Origin: a virus
Lineage: Duplodnaviria; Caudoviricetes
DNA: 24,445 nt
Virus record (IMG/VR): IMGVR_UViG_3300032294_001330
Location: 1 to 24,445 of that record
Reading direction: 5' to 3' (one strand)
The position numbers and the translations under genes were made by a program. The notes below the pieces were generated by a model. The model was not told the origin of the DNA. It searched no databases and was given only the letters and a program-made list of their open reading frames with translations. Of this stretch, positions 16,888 through 24,445 are shown in pieces (position 1 is the stretch's first letter; every line of letters begins with the position of its first letter).

Positions 16888-17568
16888 ATGTCATTTAACA
16901 AAAATAAGGTAGACCCTGAACTTGGTTTGAAAGTTCACGAACATCTAGTTAAGATGGGAGTTGAAACTCCCATACATCGTAAATCACTAGACCGTAAAGA
17001 TAAGATTGATCTTATCGAAAAAGACTTCGCACACATAATGCAGGTATTGGGTCTTGATTTATCCGATGATAGTCTAATGGAAACACCTAAACGTTGGGCA
17101 AAAATGGTAGTAAATGAGACAATGTGGGGGCTTGATTTTGAAGCATTCCCTAAATGTACTACTGTTGACAATAAAATGCACTATGATGAAATGGTAGTAG
17201 AAAAGAATATTACTGTTCAGTCATTGTGCGAACATCATATTTTACCTATTGTAGGTAAGGCAACAATTGCTTATGTTCCTAAAAACAAAGTATTAGGACT
17301 AAGCAAAATGCCTAGAATAGTTGAATATTTTAGTAGAAGGCCGCAGATCCAAGAACGACTCACTGAGCAAATTTTTCATGCTTTGCAATTCATTTTAGAG
17401 ACGGATAATATTGCTGTAGTAATTGATGCTACTCATCTGTGCGTATCCTCGCGCGGTGTGGAAGATACATCTGCATCAACTATTACTAGTAGACTTGGTG
17501 GTGGGTTTAAAACTGATCCGGCAGCACGTGCAGAGTTCTTGCAAATTGCTAACAAGGGATGTAAATGA
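16888..17568 (+). CDS. folE: GTP cyclohydrolase I
   Basis: ETPKR, SLCEHHILP, GLSK, RRPQIQERLT, HLCVSSRG. Confidence 0.96.
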   Translation: MSFNKNKVDPELGLKVHEHLVKMGVETPIHRKSLDRKDKIDLIEKDFAHIMQVLGLDLSDDSLMETPKRWAKMVVNETMWGLDFEAFPKCTTVDNKMHYDEMVVEKNITVQSLCEHHILPIVGKATIAYVPKNKVLGLSKMPRIVEYFSRRPQIQERLTEQIFHALQFILETDNIAVVIDATHLCVSSRGVEDTSASTITSRLGGGFKTDPAARAEFLQIANKGCK

Positions 17569-18017
17569 GTGAAATTATTGAAGATACTATCAGTAGAAAT
17601 AAAAAATTTCAAGAAGAAAGAACTCGCAGATTAAAAAGAATGCGAGAACTTAACGCACCTGATATCATAATTCAAACTGAAGAAATGATATCAAAAATGA
17701 CTATAGCAGAATATAAAATCTTCTGTCGGCAAGCCGATGAAGAAGATAAAAAAGTTAAAGCAGAATACGCTAAAAATAATCCTATTCAAAAACATATAGT
17801 CGATGAAATTTATGATAGGGAAAGCAAACTCTCTTATACTTTCCTCACTTACTCATCTACTGTACAGTGGACAATGGCTATTAATCCTTTGAGTTTTATG
17901 AGTGCAGATGATTACGACAATGATTTATATCAAACTTTTTTAGACCATGCTCAAGAACTTTATCAAGAGAGATTCAAAGAAAAATGGGATGCCGACGATG
18001 ATATTCAATCGTATTAA
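17565..18017 (+). CDS. Hypothetical protein
   Basis: 150 aa ORF with ATGA overlap with folE. Confidence 0.65.
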   Translation: MSEIIEDTISRNKKFQEERTRRLKRMRELNAPDIIIQTEEMISKMTIAEYKIFCRQADEEDKKVKAEYAKNNPIQKHIVDEIYDRESKLSYTFLTYSSTVQWTMAINPLSFMSADDYDNDLYQTFLDHAQELYQERFKEKWDADDDIQSY

Positions 18018-18474
18018 AGAACTAAAAGCACAAGGACTACGAATAGGTATTGTCTTCAGTCAATTCGACATGTTGCATGCAGGTCATATAGCAATGTTAG
18101 CAGAAGCAAAAAATCACTGTGATTACTTAATTGCAGGATTGCAAAACAATGCTAACCTAGACAGACCAGAAAAAAATGAACCTATACAAAGCCTAGTAGA
18201 GAGACAAATTCAATTGGCAGCGGTTAGATTTGTTGATGAAATTGTGGTATACAATACCGAAAAAGACCTCGAGGATATATTACTGATATTGCCAGTAGAC
18301 GTGAGAATACTAGGGGTTGAATATATGGAAAAAGACTTTACGGGCAGAGCAATATGCGAAAAGAGAGGCATTGAGTTAGTATTCAATGGAAGAGACCATA
18401 GTTTCAGTTCAAGTAGTTTACGCAAACGGGTAGTAGAAACAGAATTGAATAAGACGAGAAAGATTAAAAAATGA
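17998..18474 (+). CDS. TagD-like (glycerol-3-phosphate) cytidylyltransferase
   Basis: FDMLHAGH (HxGH), CDYLIAGL, VDEIVVY, RDHSFSSSSLR; ATG 17998 (MIFNRIK) is preferred over the track start 17947. Confidence 0.85.
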   Translation: MIFNRIKELKAQGLRIGIVFSQFDMLHAGHIAMLAEAKNHCDYLIAGLQNNANLDRPEKNEPIQSLVERQIQLAAVRFVDEIVVYNTEKDLEDILLILPVDVRILGVEYMEKDFTGRAICEKRGIELVFNGRDHSFSSSSLRKRVVETELNKTRKIKK

Positions 18475-18974
18475 CACATCAACCAATAACATACAAATAC
18501 ACTAGCACAAAAGAATATCACGATGCTTTTCCTTGTGCATATCGTCAATGGCGTGCTGATAGTCATTGCAATATGATTCATGGCTATAGTTTTAGTATGA
18601 AGTTCTACTTCGGTACTAACAACTTAGACGTCCGCAATTGGGCTATGGACTACGGTGGTCTAAAAGAACTTAAAAAGATTCTTGAGGGTCAGTTTGATCA
18701 TACATTGCTTGTTGCAGCCGATGATCCGGATATGGAAACATTCAAGTTGCTTGAAAGTAAGAAACTTGCTAAACTAACGGTACTACCTAGATTAGGATGT
18801 GAAGGTCTAGCAGATATGCTTTACAAATATATCAATGGTGTTTACATCCCTGATCTATTAGGACAAGGCGAAAGCGATAGACTTTGGTGTTATCGTGTAG
18901 AAGTGCGCGAGACACAAAGCAATATGGCTTTTAGGGAAGGGCATCGCGAATGGAATGAAGATTTATTTGTATGA
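18471..18974 (+). CDS. queD: 6-carboxy-5,6,7,8-tetrahydropterin synthase
   Basis: CNMIHGY, MDYGGLK, FDH, GCEGLA, VRET. Confidence 0.9.
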   Translation: MTHQPITYKYTSTKEYHDAFPCAYRQWRADSHCNMIHGYSFSMKFYFGTNNLDVRNWAMDYGGLKELKKILEGQFDHTLLVAADDPDMETFKLLESKKLAKLTVLPRLGCEGLADMLYKYINGVYIPDLLGQGESDRLWCYRVEVRETQSNMAFREGHREWNEDLFV

Positions 18975-20143
18975 GCACAGTTGCTGTTATTGGAGCCGGA
19001 ATTTCAGGCATTACAACCGCATACTATCTCACTAAGGCAGGATACAATGTCACGGTACTAGACCAAGAACAGTATCCTGCCATGCGTTGTAGTTATGCTA
19101 ATGGCGGGCAAGTAAGTGTGAGTAACAGTGAGGTTTGGACAACTTGGAGTAATGTTATTAAGGGTGCTAAATGGATGTTCAAAAAAGATGCACCATTGCT
19201 CATACGACCTAGTTTAGATTTTGATAAAATTATCTGGCTTGCTAAATTTCTATATCATACTGTAAGTAATGATTATGAAAAGAACACACTAAAAACAATT
19301 CGCATGGGTCTAGAAGCCAGAAAACTATATCAAGCAATAATTGATGAAGAAAAAATACAATTCGATCAAAAGTATACAGGTATATTGCATGTGTATAAAG
19401 ATGAAAAGTATTTTGAAATGGCTAAGAAGGCGCAATTAATTTATGGACAAACTGAATGCGAGTGGGAAATAGTAGGTCTGGCAAAAATTAAATCCATCGA
19501 TGGTGCATTGAACTACATGAATGATTTGGTAGGTGGTGTATATACCAAATCAGATTGGACTGGTGACATACACAAGTTTTGCTATGAAATGCAAAAGGTA
19601 TTAGAAACCAAATACAAGGTAAAATTTAGTTTTGCAGAGAACATCGTACATACAGATGATTTGTTTAACTTTGATAAAATCGTAATATGTGCTGGCGTAA
19701 ACAGTGTAAAACTTGCAGAAAAAATCGGTGACTATCTACCTATATATCCTGTTAAAGGGTATAGCATTACCATTAATGGCAACAACGAATCGATATTACC
19801 ACATGTTAGTTTACTAGATGATCAAGCCAAAATTGTCACTAGTACATTGGGGAATCGACTACGAATTGCAGGCACTGCCGAATTGAATGGTGAAAACTAT
19901 GATATTCGTAAAGATAGAATTCAATCGTTATTGAATTGGGTGCATCGTAATTTACCAATGGTTAACACGCACGATTACAGTAGTTGGGCATGTCTGAGGC
20001 CAATGACGCCTAACATGATGCCTATTACCAAACGTAGTGACAACAGTAAAAAGGTGTTCTATAATACAGGACACGGACATCTTGGTTGGACATTAGCACC
20101 ATATACAGCAAAACTCATTACGGAACAGATATGCAACATTTAA
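18971..20143 (+). CDS. FAD-dependent D-amino-acid dehydrogenase-like oxidoreductase (DadA family)
   Basis: VIGAGISG, SYANGGQ, YPVKGYSIT, LRPMTP, NTGHGHLGWT. Confidence 0.9.
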   Translation: MSTVAVIGAGISGITTAYYLTKAGYNVTVLDQEQYPAMRCSYANGGQVSVSNSEVWTTWSNVIKGAKWMFKKDAPLLIRPSLDFDKIIWLAKFLYHTVSNDYEKNTLKTIRMGLEARKLYQAIIDEEKIQFDQKYTGILHVYKDEKYFEMAKKAQLIYGQTECEWEIVGLAKIKSIDGALNYMNDLVGGVYTKSDWTGDIHKFCYEMQKVLETKYKVKFSFAENIVHTDDLFNFDKIVICAGVNSVKLAEKIGDYLPIYPVKGYSITINGNNESILPHVSLLDDQAKIVTSTLGNRLRIAGTAELNGENYDIRKDRIQSLLNWVHRNLPMVNTHDYSSWACLRPMTPNMMPITKRSDNSKKVFYNTGHGHLGWTLAPYTAKLITEQICNI

Positions 20144-20982
20144 AAGTTAGCGAATTATTTTACAGTATTCAAGGAGAGGGCAAGTATCAGGGCGTACCTA
20201 GCGTATTCCTCAGAGTGTTTGGATGCAATTTCACATGTGGTGGATTTGGCATGCCTCGAGGAGAACTAAGTAAAGAAAGGGAAAAAATTGCTGAATTTAT
20301 CTCGGATTACAAAGATTATAAATCCTTACCGCTTGTCAGTACGGGATGTGATAGTTATGCATCTTGGGACCCTGCTTTCAAACATCTTAGTCCTATGCTC
20401 ACTACCGATTCTATTGCTGATAGCATTAACTTACTATTGCCTCATTCCAATTGGGTGAATGAGCATTTGGTTATCACGGGTGGTGAGCCGCTTCTAGGAT
20501 GGCAGAGAGCATACCCTGCTCTATTAGATCATCCTAAAATGAAATCTCTCAAAGAATTGACATTTGAAACTAATGGCACACAAAAACTAAGTACAGATTT
20601 TAGAAAGTATTTAGAACACTGGGGTATTGAATCACGTGGCTATCAGTCTATTACATTTAGCGTAAGTGCTAAATTGAGTGGCAGCGGTGAAAAGCGTGAA
20701 GAAGCAATCATCCCAGAAATAGTATGCGATTATGAACGTATTGGCTATACGTATCTGAAGTTTGTTATTGCTACTGAAGAGGATGCTGTCGAGGCATTAG
20801 AAGTGACTAAGTTGTACCGTGACGCTGGGTTTAAGGGTCCTGTCTACCTAATGCCAGTAGGTGGCGTAGAAAAAGTCTATAGCATGAATAATAGAAATGT
20901 TGCAGAACTTGCAATGAAACACGGATTACGGTATAGCGATAGACTCCAGGTACCCCTCTTTAAGAACGCATGGGGTACGTAA
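20131..20982 (+). CDS. queE: 7-carboxy-7-deazaguanine synthase (radical SAM)
   Basis: ELFYSIQGEG, FLRVFGCNFTC...GCDS, ITGGEP, ETNGT, YLMP, RLQ; ATG 20131 is preferred over the track start 20086. Confidence 0.92.
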   Translation: MQHLKVSELFYSIQGEGKYQGVPSVFLRVFGCNFTCGGFGMPRGELSKEREKIAEFISDYKDYKSLPLVSTGCDSYASWDPAFKHLSPMLTTDSIADSINLLLPHSNWVNEHLVITGGEPLLGWQRAYPALLDHPKMKSLKELTFETNGTQKLSTDFRKYLEHWGIESRGYQSITFSVSAKLSGSGEKREEAIIPEIVCDYERIGYTYLKFVIATEEDAVEALEVTKLYRDAGFKGPVYLMPVGGVEKVYSMNNRNVAELAMKHGLRYSDRLQVPLFKNAWGT

Positions 20983-22319
20983 TGAGAACATATGACAAGC
21001 GTATAGGATTCTTAGTTAGTTACCAAACACTCATCCCGCACGGTGGTATTGGGCAGTTCGCAAAGAGTTTTTGTGAACTAATGGATCAACATAATATCAA
21101 AGTAGATATTATCACAGATAAAGAACCCAAAGATAATGAATTCGTAAAGTCATTAAAGGCAAACATTATTGCACCAACAGAATCACTACCATATACCACA
21201 CATAGCAATATCTTTATGTATGGTGATACATTTTGCTATGAGAGAATGGCAAACTTTCGCAATGCTATTGTTGAAGCACTTGAGCATAACATCTATGATG
21301 CGTTTGTTTGTAACACATACGAAACAGTTCAAGTAGCAAGTACAATGGGTATTGAAGAATATATCCAGATCATTGCCTACACACATCTAGAAAGTCAAAT
21401 CTTTAAGGACACAAAGAATCCTTTCTTACATAATACCAATGAGTTGATGCGTCAGCAATTAGAAACATCAGGTATATATGTGGGTACGCAAAGCAAATTT
21501 AACCAATTAAATATCAGCGATACTGTATATCATCTGCCTATACCCATTACTGAACGTGGATTGTTACAAGAACATCATAAACCACGCGATGGTATATTGT
21601 TTATAGGGCGATGGGAAGAAGGTAAGAATCCTGAATTGTTTATTGACTTGATTGAACAAACAAAACTGCCTGCTAAGGTAATGACTAGCCCGAATGGCGT
21701 AAAGAAGTTTGAAGAACGATTGAAGAAGATAGGCGTTAAGTATGATGTTCGTGCTAGTATTGTTGGTCAAGAAAAAGTTGACTTCATTACCAGTGCAAGG
21801 GTAGCATTCAATCCTAGCACTGTAGAAAGTTATGGTATGGCTTTTTATGAACAAATTATTCAATTACCTACATTAGTATTGGAAGATCAACGCTGGACAA
21901 ATAATTTTAAAAGTTCATTCTTCTTTAAAACAACCAAGAAAAACATGGTTAAGGATATATTAGATTTATATAACAATATCGATGATGCTAAAATTTGGTA
22001 TACAACTGGTTCGCTAGCATACCACCAAAAACTAGAAAATGAAGTATTTCATAAGTGGAATGAATGTTTCAATGCTTTTAACATTAGACGATCTAATAGC
22101 AATACTGCTAAAATTTGCAGTGAAGCAACAACTACACATAGAAACTTCATAGAAAGTTTAGGTCGTAAATTGATTTGTGTTGATGATATCAAATCAGTAT
22201 TGGCTAATAAGCACAAATTTCGTGTAATTTATACTGATACAGATACATATCTAACTAAAGACCCGGTATTTGAGCCGACCGAAGAAATTACTGGTCTTTC
22301 ATTATTTGAGGAAATTTAA
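20982..22319 (+). CDS. Second GT-B fold glycosyltransferase (GT4-like) with C-terminal extension
   Basis: PHGGIG, LFIGRWEEGKNPE, NPSTVESYGMAFYE (E-x7-E); TAATG coupling to queE gives start 20982. Confidence 0.85.
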   Translation: MRTYDKRIGFLVSYQTLIPHGGIGQFAKSFCELMDQHNIKVDIITDKEPKDNEFVKSLKANIIAPTESLPYTTHSNIFMYGDTFCYERMANFRNAIVEALEHNIYDAFVCNTYETVQVASTMGIEEYIQIIAYTHLESQIFKDTKNPFLHNTNELMRQQLETSGIYVGTQSKFNQLNISDTVYHLPIPITERGLLQEHHKPRDGILFIGRWEEGKNPELFIDLIEQTKLPAKVMTSPNGVKKFEERLKKIGVKYDVRASIVGQEKVDFITSARVAFNPSTVESYGMAFYEQIIQLPTLVLEDQRWTNNFKSSFFFKTTKKNMVKDILDLYNNIDDAKIWYTTGSLAYHQKLENEVFHKWNECFNAFNIRRSNSNTAKICSEATTTHRNFIESLGRKLICVDDIKSVLANKHKFRVIYTDTDTYLTKDPVFEPTEEITGLSLFEEI

Positions 22320-23140
22320 TGAAGAAGATATTCATCACTGGTTGTTCTGGATATATAGGTTCTCACCTATGTAAAATGTTGTCTGGTAAATACGTAGTAC
22401 ATGGACTAGACATAGTAGAACCCAAAACTAAAATAGATGAATTTTTTAATGTGGATATTACAAAGCAATTTGTGGGTAATGAAATTATATATGACAGTGT
22501 GATTCATCTGGCTGCATTAGTAAACGTTGGTGAGAGCGAACGTAGGCCAATTAATTATTACATTACCAATATAAATGGCACAATGAATGTCATCAATAAA
22601 ATAAAAACAAAGAACTTTGTATTAGCAAGCACAGGTGCAGCAGGTCCGTGCGAAAGTGCATATGGCAGGAGCAAACGAGCGGCAGAAGATGTGGTGGCAT
22701 CTTACGCTAATATGGCTAATATCGATTATACCATTTTTAGATTTTACAATGTAATCGGTAGTTCAGGATTTGAACCCACTAATCCCGACGGACTCTTTTC
22801 TAAATTACTACAAGCGAAAACTTCAGGTGAATTCACTATATTAGGTGATGACTATGACACTGTTGATGGCACTTGCGAACGAGATTACGTACACGTGGAT
22901 GAAATTTGCAATGCACTAGAATTGGCGATAGAAAAACCCAGCAATAGTATAGAGTGCTTAGGACATGGCGTGGGATATACCGTGAAGCAAATAATAGATA
23001 TCTATAAACGAGTCAACAATTGTGAATTCGCAGTAAACATTGGCCCAAGAAGAAAAGGTGATATGGATAGTAGTGTACTCCAAAATGCAAGTCCTTATAT
23101 GCAAACAAGTTATTCAATAGAAGATTTACTTAGAGTTTAA
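22319..23140 (+). CDS. NAD-dependent nucleotide-sugar epimerase/dehydratase (GalE-like extended SDR)
   Basis: ITGCSGYIGSH, IHLAA, YGRSK (YxxxK), RFYNV, DGTCERDYVHV, RRKGD. Confidence 0.92.
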   Translation: MKKIFITGCSGYIGSHLCKMLSGKYVVHGLDIVEPKTKIDEFFNVDITKQFVGNEIIYDSVIHLAALVNVGESERRPINYYITNINGTMNVINKIKTKNFVLASTGAAGPCESAYGRSKRAAEDVVASYANMANIDYTIFRFYNVIGSSGFEPTNPDGLFSKLLQAKTSGEFTILGDDYDTVDGTCERDYVHVDEICNALELAIEKPSNSIECLGHGVGYTVKQIIDIYKRVNNCEFAVNIGPRRKGDMDSSVLQNASPYMQTSYSIEDLLRV

Positions 23141-23871
23141 CCAACCCACCTTGCGTATATGTTTGCAAAGTAATCGTCTTCAAAATCTTCCGGATGCTTG
23201 TTGCTATATAATTTAAAACTTTTTGTAGCAAGTTCGGCACCATTTTTGCCGGGCTGTAATGCAAAGTCAAAAGGAACAAAATCATTATTACGGTAATTTT
23301 CTAATTCACCGATCCTGGTAGCACCAATATTGTTTAATTTCTTTAGATTCGCTTTTGCTTTTCTCTTGTCCCAGTCATCATAAGCGTTTTCAACGTCTAT
23401 ATCGCTACGAAATACTTCTACTCTACCACGCACTTCGACACCAGGGGTTTCATTTAATTTGACCCATAGTTTTCTTGCTTGTGGTGTCTGTGTTTCATCT
23501 GCTACAATAACATAGTCTAGTTGTAATACGGTAGTGTACATCATTATACCTACGCCCTTACCACGATATCTATTGTCTAGTGAAACATTACTTACTTGTA
23601 TTGCTTTTTTGTATGGTGGGAAAGTTACATTTCTAAAATATATGTATCCCATGAATAGATTGCCACCACGTGCTTTTGTATCATAAAATTTAATTGTTAC
23701 ATCTGTACCAGTAAGATTTAATCTAGCCTGACCCTTAAGTGTTGCAAATACATAACCGTACTGTGAACTACCTGGCACCATTTTTAATCCGGGTATTTCT
23801 TTGTCCTTTTGATTAGATTCCCAATCATCAGAAGCCGAAGCAGGTGTACGTTGTATTTCACTTATACGCAT
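23137..23871 (-). CDS. GNAT-family acetyltransferase, putative virion protein
   Basis: VSNVSLDNRYRGKGVGIMMY (acetyl-CoA motif A), QTPQARKLW; MRISEI start; stop overlaps the epimerase stop (TTAA 23137-40). Confidence 0.78.
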   Translation of the reverse strand: MRISEIQRTPASASDDWESNQKDKEIPGLKMVPGSSQYGYVFATLKGQARLNLTGTDVTIKFYDTKARGGNLFMGYIYFRNVTFPPYKKAIQVSNVSLDNRYRGKGVGIMMYTTVLQLDYVIVADETQTPQARKLWVKLNETPGVEVRGRVEVFRSDIDVENAYDDWDKRKAKANLKKLNNIGATRIGELENYRNNDFVPFDFALQPGKNGAELATKSFKLYSNKHPEDFEDDYFANIYARWVG

Positions 23872-24349
23872 GAGTTGACGTCAATATTTGATATAGCACT
23901 CTAGGACTTATGTCTGGATCTGGTAATTCTAGAACTTCTGCGACAAATTCGCTACAGCATTTGTTTCTGTTTTTATTATTGGGCGGCAATGATATATCGA
24001 AATGCACGAACAAAACTTCTCTTAATCCTATATAGAATGCGCTGAACCAACCATAGAACGAAGTTCCTGCTCTAGTCAAAGCCTTGTCTTCTATGTCTGA
24101 CCATTTTTTGGGAGCAGGGATAATATCAAATGTGTTATCCTTGTGTGTAGATGCTAATGTAATTCTAGTTCCACCTACGGTACCAGCGTCTACGAACATT
24201 AATCTATCCTTATACCAGAACAAAAATCCTACGTGTGTGTATTTACTTTTGGTAAAAAATGAAATAATTCTAGATCCTATATTTTTATTTTTGTGAAAAA
24301 ATAAAAGGTCGCCGTCTTTTGCTTGTTCTCTTATTAATTTGTAATCCAT
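23858..24349 (-). CDS. Permuted papain-like NlpC/P60 amidase (YaeF/YiiX-like)
   Basis: KDGDLLFF, KYTHVG (His), CSEFVAE (Cys after His), ISP. Confidence 0.85.
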   Translation of the reverse strand: MDYKLIREQAKDGDLLFFHKNKNIGSRIISFFTKSKYTHVGFLFWYKDRLMFVDAGTVGGTRITLASTHKDNTFDIIPAPKKWSDIEDKALTRAGTSFYGWFSAFYIGLREVLFVHFDISLPPNNKNRNKCCSEFVAEVLELPDPDISPRVLYQILTSTHAYK

Positions 24350-24350
24350 A

Positions 24351-24443
24351 TTACTTAACTTTCTTAATCCATGTATCAGGAATCAATCCAACTTCTTTAA
24401 CAAAGATATCATGCAATTTTTGACCAGTCATGTTATATTTGTT
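24351..24443 (-). CDS. Partial CDS (3' end), small helical domain shared with 5953-6531
   Basis: NKYNMTGQKLHDIFVKEVGLIPDTWIKKVK* versus NKHNITNQALQDLFLRKYQSTPIDWIRNKL. Confidence 0.65.
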   Translation of the reverse strand, partial: NKYNMTGQKLHDIFVKEVGLIPDTWIKKVK

Positions 24444-24445
24444 CC

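Noticed and set aside
730-21863. Many short antisense or alternative-frame ORFs in the track (e.g. 730-1071, 10182-10637, 18210-18581, 21564-21863)
   Set aside because: Nested within or mostly overlapping motif-supported genes, with no recognisable motifs; shadow ORFs.
17998-23140. Bacterial LPS/capsule locus (GT, GalE, TagD)
   Set aside because: Genes are interleaved with que genes in a phage replication context, with no flippase, polymerase or membrane proteins.
1-24445. Stop-codon reassignment as seen in some jumbo phages
   Set aside because: Conserved genes are intact in the standard code, and TAG (5752-54, 14383-85) and TGA end genes at sensible positions.
1-24445. tRNA genes, CRISPR arrays, transposases
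   Set aside because: Intergenic gaps are under about 80 nt with no cloverleaf or spaced repeats; no transposase or integrase motifs seen.

Overview
AT-rich, gene-dense segment of a large T4-like (probably jumbo) dsDNA phage genome, standard genetic code. It has three blocks. (1) 1-7250 and 23137-24445: enzymes that mostly start with a shared M-[KR]-x-x-[ED]-[FI]...E peptide resembling the T4 internal-protein capsid-targeting sequence (GNAT, zincin-like peptidases, ART-like protein, amidoligase, kinase, Nudix, ADP-ribosyltransferase, permuted NlpC/P60), probably virion-packaged effectors. (2) 7295-11946: TilS, DsbA/GapR-like DNA-binding protein, family B DNA polymerase and a probable sliding clamp. 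(3) 12291-23140: a 7-deazaguanine DNA-modification cluster (DpdA-like transglycosylase, FolE, QueD, QueE, DpdL-like T-fold protein, no QueC in the window) interleaved with two GT-B glycosyltransferases, a GalE-like epimerase, a TagD-like cytidylyltransferase, a DadA-like flavoenzyme, a 2OG-Fe(II) oxygenase and a cupin-like protein. Block 3 is the best candidate for an undescribed system (glycosylated deazaguanine hypermodification). All calls come from motif reading; no searches were run.
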